Shown one piece after another: positions 1 through 8,055 of a stretch of 64,000 bases of DNA (the stretch's first letter is position 1; each line of letters starts with the position of its first letter). A program made the translations under genes and the position numbers. The stretch is from assembly GCA_964291625.2 (NCBI GenBank), contig OZ220089.1, positions 2,784,001 to 2,848,000 of the forward strand. Direction: 5' to 3'. Under the pieces are notes generated by a model, which saw only the letters and a list, made by a program, of their open reading frames with translations, searched no databases and was not told the DNA's origin. The DNA comes from Candidatus Latescibacterota bacterium (lineage in GTDB: Bacteria; Latescibacterota; UBA2968; UBA8231).

Positions 1-76
1 AACGTCGGGGACTTCGCAGAGTTGAACGTCGAGATCACCAACCCCTGGTCCACCGTTGAATCAAAGGAGGATGATG

Positions 77-1177
77 ATGATGAGTAAGGTGAGAATGATG
101 GCTTGTGCCCCAGTCGCCGCCGTCGTGACCATGCTGCCCTGGAACGGCGCCTTCGCCGAGGACCCGTCCCTGACCGTGGTCTCCTGGGGCGGCTCCTACG
201 CCCGGGCCTGCGTCAAGGGCTACCACGAGCGTTTCACCGCCGAGACGGGGATCGCCATCAACCTCGAGGACTACAACGGCGGGTTGGCCCAGATCCGCGC
301 CCAGGTCGACGTGGGCAACGTCTACTGGGACGTGGTCGACCTGGAGATCCCCGACCTCGTGCGCGGCTGCGACGAGGGCCTCCTCGAGTACCTGGAGATC
401 GACTCGCTGGCGGCGGGCCCCGACGGCACGCCGGCGGCCGAGGACTTCGTCGAGGGCACGGTCACCGACTGCGGCCCCGCTACGATCTTCTACTCCACCG
501 TCTACGCCTACAACGACGAGAACATCGAGGGCGAGAAGCCGGCCACCATGGCCGATTTCTTCGACCTGGAGAAGTTCCCCGGCCGCCGCGGCATGCGCCG
601 TTCCCCGCTGGTCAACCTGGAGTTCGCCCTCATCGCCGACGGCGTCCCCCTCGACAGCGTCTACGCCGCCCTCGACACCCCGGAGGGCGTGGACCGCGCC
701 TTCCGCAAGCTCGACACCATCAAGGACCAGATCGTCTGGTGGGAGGCCGGGGCCCAGCCGCCGCAGATGCTGGCCGACGGCGAGGTGGCCATGACCACGG
801 CCTACAACGGCCGCATCTTCAACGCCCAGGTGCTGGAGGAGCAGCCCTTCGTCATCGTCTGGGACGGCCAGGTCCTGGACACGGGGGGCCTCGCCATCGT
901 CGCCGGCACCCCCCGACTCGAGGCGGCGCGCCGGTTCGTCCACTTCGCCTCCACGGCCCGGGCCATCGCCGACGTGGGCCGCTACATCGCCTACAGCCCC
1001 ACGCGCAAATCGGCCATGCCCCTGATCTCCACCCACGCCGAGAAGGGCGTGGAGATGAACCCCCACATGCCCACGAGCGAGCAGAACGTCAGCCGCGCCC
1101 TGCACAACAACTGGGAGTGGTGGAGCGACCACGGCGACGAGATGAACGAGCGCTTCAGCACCTGGCTGGCCCGGTGA
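77..1177 (+). CDS. ABC transporter substrate-binding protein, polyamine (PotD/PotF-like) family
   Basis: Signal peptide; LTVVSWGGSY, WDVVD, DFFDLEKFPGRRG and WDGQ motifs; AAGGAGG RBS at 64-70 before an ATG run (71/74/77/80, exact start uncertain); PotB/PotC-like permeases downstream. Confidence 0.9.
   Translation: MMSKVRMMACAPVAAVVTMLPWNGAFAEDPSLTVVSWGGSYARACVKGYHERFTAETGIAINLEDYNGGLAQIRAQVDVGNVYWDVVDLEIPDLVRGCDEGLLEYLEIDSLAAGPDGTPAAEDFVEGTVTDCGPATIFYSTVYAYNDENIEGEKPATMADFFDLEKFPGRRGMRRSPLVNLEFALIADGVPLDSVYAALDTPEGVDRAFRKLDTIKDQIVWWEAGAQPPQMLADGEVAMTTAYNGRIFNAQVLEEQPFVIVWDGQVLDTGGLAIVAGTPRLEAARRFVHFASTARAIADVGRYIAYSPTRKSAMPLISTHAEKGVEMNPHMPTSEQNVSRALHNNWEWWSDHGDEMNERFSTWLAR
1130..1177 (+). 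repeat. Direct repeat copy 1 (last 48 bp of the binding-protein gene, including stop)
   Basis: 45/48 identical to 1609-1656. Confidence 0.95.
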
Positions 1178-1260
1178 GGGGGCAGTCCCGCGATCCGTAG
1201 CGCAGCGGGACCGGCCCTTCCCTCGGGCACCGGGCGAGAACCATGGCGGAGCGTAGATCG

Positions 1261-1575
1261 ATGAAGACCGAGATCGAACGCGGTAGCGGCAACGTTTTTG
1301 CCGACTTGGGATTGCCGGATGCCGACGGGCACCTGCTCAAGGCGGAGCTGGTCACGCGGATCGACAGGATCATTCGCCAGCGCGGACTGAAACAGGTCGA
1401 GGCGGCAAAGTTGCTCGGGCTGTCCCAACCCGATGTGTCGCGCCTGCTGCGGGGGAGCTTTCGAGAGTACTCGATGGAGCGGCTCTTTCGCCTCCTGACC
1501 GCTCTGGGGCGCGACGTGAACATCGTGATTCGCGAGTGTTCCGAGCGACGGGGACGGCTCAAGGTCGACGCCTGA
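1261..1575 (+). CDS. XRE/HigA-type HTH antitoxin-like protein (orphan)
   Basis: GSGNVFADLG...KAEL...GLKQVEAAKLLGLSQPDVSRLLRG...FREYSMERL...LGRDV; alternative ATG at 1243; no cognate toxin upstream. Confidence 0.85.
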   Translation: MKTEIERGSGNVFADLGLPDADGHLLKAELVTRIDRIIRQRGLKQVEAAKLLGLSQPDVSRLLRGSFREYSMERLFRLLTALGRDVNIVIRECSERRGRLKVDA

Positions 1576-1608
1576 TCGCGCGGCCGTGCTGCCGAGGGGG
1601 CGCGTGGG

Positions 1609-1656
1609 CACGGCGACAAGATGAACAAGCGCTTCAGCACCTGGCTGGCGCGGTGA
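1609..1656 (+). repeat. Direct repeat copy 2 (non-coding duplicate of the binding-protein 3' end)
   Basis: CACGGCGACAAGATGAACAAGCGCTTCAGCACCTGGCTGGCGCGGTGA, 3 mismatches vs 1130-1177. Confidence 0.95.
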
Positions 1657-1681
1657 GCGGAGCCGATCGAAGGGAGATCAG

Positions 1682-1933
1682 GATGGGCGCGACCTACGTC
1701 GAAAGCTGGCCGCCGAGCGGGAGCTGGTCATCACCCGGGACGGCAGGCCCTCGGCTCTGATGATCAGTGTCTCGCCGGAGACCGTGGAGGACTCCTTGCG
1801 TGAGGTTCGTCGGGCGCTGTTCTCGGCCGCGGTCAGCCGTGTGCGGAGGCGGGCCGAGAAGGAAGGAATACCGGCCGACGCGGCGATTGCGGCGGCGATC
1901 GATCGGAGCAGGAGGGCCCGCGGCCTGTCTTGA
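1682..1933 (+). pseudogene. Phd/YefM-like antitoxin remnant (5' end damaged)
   Basis: Frame reads DGRDLRRKLAAERELVITRDGRPSALMISVSPETVEDSLREVRRA...RARGLS*; the RBS-linked ATG at 1683 is out of frame; stop overlaps the PIN start (TTGA). Confidence 0.65.
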
Positions 1934-2166
1934 GAGTGGTTGTCGACACCAACCCCGACAACAGCGCACTCCGCATTGCTCCTCGACTGGTCCTGCCCCC
2001 CTTGCCGGATCCCGGTGACACGCCCTTCCTGGAGGTGGCCTTGTCCGAGGGGGGGGTGACAGGGAATGCGAGCCACTTCCCCCCGGAGAGGCGGAGAAAC
2101 TGCGAAGTGCTCAGTCCAGGAGAGTTTCTCCACACGCACTTTCCTGCCGGGTCAGAGGGCGAATGA
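1930..2166 (+). pseudogene. PIN-domain toxin remnant with internal deletion
   Basis: MRVVVDTN N-terminus joined almost directly to LPDPGDTPFLEVAL...VTGNASHFP...VLSPGEF; only 78 aa, central part of the PIN fold missing. Confidence 0.7.
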
Positions 2167-3377
2167 CCTCCGGGGAGAACATCAGGACCCACACCCTCCG
2201 CCCCCGGCTGCGCGCCGCGGGGCTGGTCCTGCCCCTGCTGGCCTTCATCGGCCTGACCTTCATCGCCCCCCTGGGGACGATGCTGGTGCGCAGCGTCTAC
2301 GACCCCGTGGTGGCCGACGTCCTGCCGGAAACCCTCGGTCTGCTGCGTGACTGGGACGGCGAAGGGGCTCCCGCCGAGGCGGTCTTCGAGGCGGCGGCGC
2401 GGGAGCTGGTGAAGGCGCGGGCGGACCGCACCCTCGGCCAGGTGGCGACCCGCGTCAACCGCGTCCAGGGGGGGCTGCGCAGCGTCCTGACCCGCAGCGC
2501 CCGCAAGCTGCAGCGCGTCGACGAGGGGCCCTGGCGCGAGGCGATGGTCGGCGCCGACAAGGCCTGGGGCGACCCCGCGACCTGGCACGCCCTGCGCAGC
2601 GCCGGGGAGCGGATCACCGCGCGCCACTACCTCAACGCCCTCGACCTGCGGCGGCTGCCGGACGGCTCCGTCGGCCGCCAGCCGGAGGAGCGCCGCATCT
2701 ACGTGGCCCTCCTGGGGCGGACCCTGCTGGTGAGCCTCGGCATCACCGCCCTGTGCCTGCTTCTCGGCTACCCCGTGGCCCACCTGATCGCCCACGCGCC
2801 GCCGAAGCGCGCCCACCTGCTGCTGGCCCTGGTGCTCGTCCCGTTCTGGACGTCGCTGCTGGTGCGCACCACCTCGTGGATCGTCCTGCTCCAGAACCAG
2901 GGGGTCCTCAACGACGCTCTCGTGGCCCTCGGGCTGATCGGCGACGACGGCCGGCTGGCCCTGGTCTACAACATGACCGGCACCTTCGTGGCCATGACCC
3001 ACGTGCTGCTGCCCTTCATGGTCCTGCCCCTGTACTCGATCATGCGCTCCATCCCGCCGGTGCAGATGAGCGCCGCCGCCTCCCTGGGGGCCGGTCCGGT
3101 GCAGGCCTTCTTTCGCGTCTACTGGCCCCAGACCCTGCCCGGGGTGGGGGCCGGCTCGCTGCTGGTCTTCATTCTCGCCATCGGCTACTACATCACCCCG
3201 GCCCTGGTGGGCGGCAGCCGCGGCCAGCTCATCTCCAACATGATCGCCTACCACATGCAGACCTCCCTCAACTGGCCCCTCGCCGCGGCCCTGGGGGGCC
3301 TCCTGCTGGTCTGCGTCATGGTCCTCTACCGGCTCTACGACCGCCTCGTGGGGGTCGAGGGCATGAGGCTCGGCTGA
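2163..3377 (+). CDS. ABC transporter permease (PotB-like)
   Basis: TM helices; LLGYPVA, PFWTSLLVR, EAA-like loop SAAASLGAGPVQAF. Confidence 0.9.
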   Translation: MTSGENIRTHTLRPRLRAAGLVLPLLAFIGLTFIAPLGTMLVRSVYDPVVADVLPETLGLLRDWDGEGAPAEAVFEAAARELVKARADRTLGQVATRVNRVQGGLRSVLTRSARKLQRVDEGPWREAMVGADKAWGDPATWHALRSAGERITARHYLNALDLRRLPDGSVGRQPEERRIYVALLGRTLLVSLGITALCLLLGYPVAHLIAHAPPKRAHLLLALVLVPFWTSLLVRTTSWIVLLQNQGVLNDALVALGLIGDDGRLALVYNMTGTFVAMTHVLLPFMVLPLYSIMRSIPPVQMSAAASLGAGPVQAFFRVYWPQTLPGVGAGSLLVFILAIGYYITPALVGGSRGQLISNMIAYHMQTSLNWPLAAALGGLLLVCVMVLYRLYDRLVGVEGMRLG

Positions 3378-4186
3378 TGGCCCGCTACGTCTACCTGGGC
3401 TTCTGCGCCGCCGTCTTCGCCTTCCTGGTGGCGCCGATCCTGGTGATCGTGCCCCTCAGCTTCAACGCCGAGCCCTACTTCACCTTCACCGAGGGCATGC
3501 TCCGCCTCGACCCCGAGGCCTGGTCCCTGCGCTGGTACCGCCAGATCGTCGAGGAGGATGTCTGGCGGCGGGCCTTGGCCAACAGCCTGATCATCGGCGT
3601 GGCGGCCACGGCCCTGGCCACCTCCCTGGGGACGCTGGCCGCCCTCGGGCTGTCGAGCGCCTTCATGCCCGCCCGGCGCCTGGCCATGGGGCTGCTGATC
3701 TCCCCCATGGTGACGCCGGTGATCATCGCCGCGGCGGGCATGTTCTTCTTCTACTCGGGCCTGGGGCTCTCCCAGACCCACCTCGGGCTGATCCTGGCCC
3801 ACGCCGCCCTGGGCACGCCCTTCGTGGTGATCACGGTGACCGCCACCCTGTCGGCCTTCGACACCAACCTGACTCGCGCCGCCGCCAGCCTCGGCGCCGG
3901 CCCGCTGCGCACCTTCCGCAGCGTGCAGCTTCCGCTCATCGCTCCCGGGGTCATCTCGGGGGCCCTCTTCGCCTTCGCCACCTCCTTCGACGAGGTGGTG
4001 GCCGTGCTCTTCATGGCCGGCATCGAGCAGCGCACCATCCCGCGCCAGATGTGGGCCGGCATCCGCGAGCAGATAAGCCCCGCCATCCTGGCGGTGGCGA
4101 CCTTCCTCATCCTCTTCGCGGTGCTGCTGCTGTTTGCGGTGGAGTGGCTGCGCCGGCGGTCGGCGGCGAGCGCGGCTGCCGCCTGA
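3377..4186 (+). CDS. ABC transporter permease (PotC-like)
   Basis: TGATG coupling to upstream gene; WSLRWY, AAASLGAGPLRTF, FATSFDEVV. Confidence 0.9.
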   Translation: MARYVYLGFCAAVFAFLVAPILVIVPLSFNAEPYFTFTEGMLRLDPEAWSLRWYRQIVEEDVWRRALANSLIIGVAATALATSLGTLAALGLSSAFMPARRLAMGLLISPMVTPVIIAAAGMFFFYSGLGLSQTHLGLILAHAALGTPFVVITVTATLSAFDTNLTRAAASLGAGPLRTFRSVQLPLIAPGVISGALFAFATSFDEVVAVLFMAGIEQRTIPRQMWAGIREQISPAILAVATFLILFAVLLLFAVEWLRRRSAASAAAA

Positions 4187-4210
4187 GGGGCGGGTCCCCG
4201 GCGTCCTGAC

Positions 4211-4237
4211 GGATCGCCGCCCGGCCGGGGGCGATCC
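4211..4237. terminator. Hairpin between convergent genes (probable terminator)
   Basis: GGATCGCC...GGCGATCC inverted repeat. Confidence 0.55.
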
Positions 4238-4245
4238 TCTTCCTC

Positions 4246-5856
4246 TCAGTCGTCGAGCAGGGTCCGGGCGACCTGCCGCGCCTCGTCCAGCGTCTCGACG
4301 ACTCGCTCGCCGGGCACCTCCCGCAGGACGTCGAGGGTGTCCAGGGTCTGCTCCACGGAGCCGGAGAGACCGATGACCACGCACTCCGTCTCTTCCTTGC
4401 CGGCCACCTCGATCAGCTGGCGGATCAGCATGGCGGCGCTGTCGTCGAGGTAGGTCGCTCCCGAGAAGTCGAAGATGACGACCTCGTGGTCCTTGATGTC
4501 GCCGCCGATGACGGCCACCAGCTTGGTGGAGGAGGCGACGGTGAAGCTGCCCCGGAGGGCCACCAGGCCGACCCGGGCGGCGAAGGGGTCGGCGTCCTCA
4601 CCCTCCCGCTCGAGGAAGGTCTGGTCCAGCAGGGGCACGGATACGACGCTGTCGAGCTCCAGGCTCTCGAGCTGGCGGGCGTTGGCCATGCCCGCGGCGA
4701 TCAGGCCGATGGCCACCGCCGTCACCAAGTCGACGAAGACCGTCAGCCCCAGGGTGATCCCCATGACCAGCAGGTGCTCGCGGCGGATGCGGTGGATGCG
4801 CCTGAGCATGCGCCAGTCGATGATGTCCCAGCCGACCTTCATGAGGATGCCGGCGAGGGCGGCGTGGGGGATCGGCTCGACGAAGCGGCCGAGGCCCAGC
4901 AGCAGCGCCAGCAGGAGGACGGCCCGCAGGGCGCCCGAGACCTGGGTCTGACCGCCGGCGCGGATGTTGGTCACCGTGCCCATGGTGGCGCCGGCTCCCG
5001 GCACGCCCCCGAAGAGCCCGGAGATCATGTTGCCGATGCCCTGGCCCACCAGCTCCCGGTTGGCGTTGTGGCGCGTGCCCGTCAGCGAGTCGGCCACCAG
5101 GGAGGTGAGGAGGCTGTCGATCGAGCCGAGGAGGGCGAGAATGAGGGCCGGCTCGATGGCGCGGGCGAGGAAGGCGGCGGAGGGGATGGAGAGCTGCAGG
5201 CTCGGCAGGTCGGTCGGCACCGGTCCGATGACGGGCGCTTCGTTCAGCCAGAGCACGCCCAGGAAGGTGCCGGCGAGAAGGGCGACCAGGAGGGGGGGCA
5301 TGTACCGGGCGAGCCGGGAGGGCCAGAGCACGGCCGCGGCGAGGGTGACGGCGGCGATGGCCAAGGCGCCGAAGTCGACGCCGGCCACCGCCTCGGGCAG
5401 GGCGGCCACGGCGCCCATCGGGCCGCCCGGAGCCGTGGGCGCCCCGAGGAAGGGCATCGCCTGGATCAGGAGGATGATGATGCCGATGCCGGACATGAAG
5501 CCGGAGATGACCACGTACGGCGTGTAGGCCACGAAGCGGCCCACCTTCGACAACCCCAGGAGCACCTGCAGCAGGCCCGCGAGGACGACGATCGTCAGGG
5601 CCTCGGGAAGGGTCTCGGCGCGGCTCGTGACGATCACCGCCATGGCCACGGCCATGGGCCCCGTGGGGCCGGAGATCTGGGAGCGGGTGCCGCCGAAGAT
5701 CGAGGCGAAGAAGCCGACGGCGATGGCGCCGTAGAGGCCGGCCGCCGCCCCCATGCCCGAGGCGACGCCGAAGGCCAGGGCCACGGGCAGGCCCACCACC
5801 ATGGAGGTGACCCCGCCGAAGAAGTCCCCGCGCAGGGTCTGGAGGTTGTAGTTCAC
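4246..5856 (-). CDS. SulP family inorganic anion/bicarbonate transporter with STAS domain
   Basis: GDFFGG...LPVALAFG, QISGPTGPM, NRELVGQGIGN; C-terminal STAS (FDFSGATYLDDSA). Confidence 0.92.
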   Translation of the reverse strand: MNYNLQTLRGDFFGGVTSMVVGLPVALAFGVASGMGAAAGLYGAIAVGFFASIFGGTRSQISGPTGPMAVAMAVIVTSRAETLPEALTIVVLAGLLQVLLGLSKVGRFVAYTPYVVISGFMSGIGIIILLIQAMPFLGAPTAPGGPMGAVAALPEAVAGVDFGALAIAAVTLAAAVLWPSRLARYMPPLLVALLAGTFLGVLWLNEAPVIGPVPTDLPSLQLSIPSAAFLARAIEPALILALLGSIDSLLTSLVADSLTGTRHNANRELVGQGIGNMISGLFGGVPGAGATMGTVTNIRAGGQTQVSGALRAVLLLALLLGLGRFVEPIPHAALAGILMKVGWDIIDWRMLRRIHRIRREHLLVMGITLGLTVFVDLVTAVAIGLIAAGMANARQLESLELDSVVSVPLLDQTFLEREGEDADPFAARVGLVALRGSFTVASSTKLVAVIGGDIKDHEVVIFDFSGATYLDDSAAMLIRQLIEVAGKEETECVVIGLSGSVEQTLDTLDVLREVPGERVVETLDEARQVARTLLDD

Positions 5857-5882
5857 GACGCTCTCCCGGCCGCTTCCGCGCG

Positions 5883-6719
5883 TCAGGCCGGGAGGCGGGT
5901 CCAGGCGGTCACGTGGGGGGGCAGGCGCAGGGGCCGCTTGGAGGCCACCACCTCCTGCCGCACCCGCCCGGCCAGGGTATCCACGTCGACCTGGTCGGCG
6001 GTGGCCATGCCGAACTGCTCCAGCAGCGGGACCAGGCTGCGGAAGCTGTTGGCGATGAAGGAGTAGCCCGCCCAGCCCTCGGGGCCGCCCACGGGGGACT
6101 CGAAGTGCATGTCGGGCTCGGGCAGGCCGGCCTCGACGTAGGCGCGGTAGAGGTCGAAGCCCATGTCGGTATGCGCCCCCGAGCGCTCGAAGACGCCCAG
6201 CCCCCAGTCGACGAGCTGGTTCATCAGGGGCGTGTCGTCGTGATACGTATTGCGGTAAGGGCTGAAATCGACCTCCTGGAAGGCGACGATCCCGCCGGGG
6301 CGCACGCGCGCCGACAGCTGCCCGAGGGCTTCGGCGGGATCGGCCATGTACATGAGGACCAGCCGGCCGATGAGGGCGTCGAAGTCCTGGCCGAGATCGA
6401 GGGTGCGGGCGTCTCCGGCGACGAACTCGACGTTGGCGAGCCCCGCTTCCCCGGCCCGGGCCCTGGCCGTCTCGAGGATCTCCGGGTTCACGTCGACGCC
6501 GACCACGGAACCCTCCGGTCCGACCAGCTCGGCGGCGGTCATGGCCACGTCGCCGGTGCCGCTGCCGATGTCGAGGACTCTCATGCCGCTCTCCAGGCCC
6601 GCCATGTTCAGCATCCGCCGCGTCACCGCGTCGTAGAGCTGCGACTGCTGGATCAGGCGCTCCTCCTCCTCCTTGCTGCGGCCCATCGTGTACTGGGCGT
6701 CACCCTTCGTCTCGCTCAC
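5883..6719 (-). CDS. Class I SAM-dependent methyltransferase
   Basis: VLDIGSGTGDV motif I, VVGVD, VRPGG; GGAGGAGGA RBS before GTG 6719 (ATG 6734 alternative). Confidence 0.88.
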   Translation of the reverse strand: MSETKGDAQYTMGRSKEEEERLIQQSQLYDAVTRRMLNMAGLESGMRVLDIGSGTGDVAMTAAELVGPEGSVVGVDVNPEILETARARAGEAGLANVEFVAGDARTLDLGQDFDALIGRLVLMYMADPAEALGQLSARVRPGGIVAFQEVDFSPYRNTYHDDTPLMNQLVDWGLGVFERSGAHTDMGFDLYRAYVEAGLPEPDMHFESPVGGPEGWAGYSFIANSFRSLVPLLEQFGMATADQVDVDTLAGRVRQEVVASKRPLRLPPHVTAWTRLPA

Positions 6720-6765
6720 CCGTTCCTCCTCCATGCGGTGATGGCCTGCATCCAGCGGCGCCGCT

Positions 6766-7443
6766 TCAGCGGCTCCCGCACTTCTCCAGCCGCTGCCGGT
6801 CTTCCCGGCTCATGAACGGCCCGTGGGCCTCCAGGAACTCCGCCAGGGTCTGCGCCACCGTGGCCGTCGACGTGTCGAGGACGATCCGCCGCTGGATCAG
6901 GGACGCCTCGAACTCCTCCTCGAAGTGGGCCAGCACGTGCTCCACGTCCTGGTCGCGCACGATCGGGTGGGTGTGGGGGGCCTCCCTCATGCGCCGGCGG
7001 ATCACCTCCGGCGCCGCCTTCAGCAGGACCAGCACCGTGCCCGGCGCCTTGGCGAGCATCTCGCTCTCGAAGCGCCGCGCCATCTCGGTGCGCTGGCCCT
7101 CGGGGCTGCGCTTGGGGGCCAGGGAGTCCCGCCCGCCGTACCCGTAGTAGAGGGGCGCGTAGACCGCCTCCTCGATGACGAACCCCATCAGGTTGTGGTC
7201 GCCGTGGGAGTAGAAGGAGTCGCCCAGGTGGTAGGTCAGGGAGTAGCGCTGGAACATCTCCAGGAACTGGGGATGGACGGCCAGCACCGACTCCCGGGCC
7301 TCCGGCGTGAGCTCGCTGGAGGGCACGCTGAAGTGATCGTGGAAGTGGCTGGTCCCGCCCATGGCCTCGTCCGCCCAGTTGATCACTTCGCCGGCGAGGG
7401 TGGACTTGCCGGCGTACTCGCATCCCACGAAGACGAGGTTCAT
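6766..7443 (-). CDS. P-loop (nucleoside monophosphate kinase-like) protein
   Basis: N-terminal Walker A VGCEYAGKSTL; LVLLKAAPEVIRRR lid-like segment; LDTS near the C-terminus. Confidence 0.65.
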   Translation of the reverse strand: MNLVFVGCEYAGKSTLAGEVINWADEAMGGTSHFHDHFSVPSSELTPEARESVLAVHPQFLEMFQRYSLTYHLGDSFYSHGDHNLMGFVIEEAVYAPLYYGYGGRDSLAPKRSPEGQRTEMARRFESEMLAKAPGTVLVLLKAAPEVIRRRMREAPHTHPIVRDQDVEHVLAHFEEEFEASLIQRRIVLDTSTATVAQTLAEFLEAHGPFMSREDRQRLEKCGSR

Positions 7444-7451
7444 CGGCCACC

Positions 7452-7481
7452 TTGACAGGGGAAGAGGGGCCCGGCTATCCT
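7452..7481 (+). promoter_or_regulatory. sigma70-type promoter
   Basis: TTGACA-N18-TATCCT upstream of ATG 7503. Confidence 0.6.
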
Positions 7482-7502
7482 GCGGCGGCGGAATAATAGC
7501 AG

Positions 7503-8006
7503 ATGGCCACCCCCTCGCAATCCACCCCTGCCGGCCGGGCGCCCGCCTACCACCACACGCAGCCCGGCACCGTCATCGTGGCCTGCTGCGGCGCTGGCCT
7601 CCCCATCCCCTTTGCCCTCGCCGCGTGGACCAGCGGGGTCCCGCCCATCCTCTGGGCCATGTGGGCCGGGGGTCTGCTCCTGGTGATCCTGCTCTTCGCC
7701 AACCTGACGGTCCAGATCGCCGGCGAACACCTCCGGATCCGCTTCGGCATCGGTCTGATCCGCAAGCGCTGGCCCCTCGACGAAATCGAGGCCTGCCGCC
7801 CGTCCAGGACCTCCTGGGTCGATGGCTGGGGCATCCGCATGACTTCGGGGGGGTGGCTCTACAATGTCTCGGGGTTCGACGCCGTCGACCTCGAGCTGAA
7901 GGGCGGCAAGGCCTGCCGTATCGGCACCGACGAGCCCCAGGCGCTGTGCGCCGCCCTCGAGGAGGCGCTGGCCGCCCGCAACCCTCCGGATTCCGCGGGT
8001 CCCTGA
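7503..8006 (+). CDS. Hypothetical membrane protein (2 TM plus bacterial PH-like domain)
   Basis: YHHTQPG, two hydrophobic helices, GWGIR...WLYNVSG...IGTDEP. Confidence 0.7.
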   Translation: MATPSQSTPAGRAPAYHHTQPGTVIVACCGAGLPIPFALAAWTSGVPPILWAMWAGGLLLVILLFANLTVQIAGEHLRIRFGIGLIRKRWPLDEIEACRPSRTSWVDGWGIRMTSGGWLYNVSGFDAVDLELKGGKACRIGTDEPQALCAALEEALAARNPPDSAGP

Positions 8007-8020
8007 CCGCGGACCCCGCG

Positions 8021-8046
8021 TCGCCGGGAGCGGGCGCTTCCGGCGA
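8021..8046. terminator. Hairpin between convergent genes
   Basis: TCGCCGGGAGCG-GG-CGCTTCCGGCGA. Confidence 0.6.
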
Positions 8047-8055
8047 GCACGCGTG

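Noticed and set aside
1130-1656. Diversity-generating retroelement (VR at gene 3' end, TR downstream; 2 of 3 mismatches are A in the non-coding copy)
   Set aside because: Only 48 bp, the third mismatch is G/C, the AAC codon is unchanged and no reverse transcriptase is in the window; G-to-A drift of a dead copy explains it
1178-2166. Integron cassette array of TA genes
   Set aside because: No RYYYAAC...GTTRRRY attC boxes and no integron integrase seen
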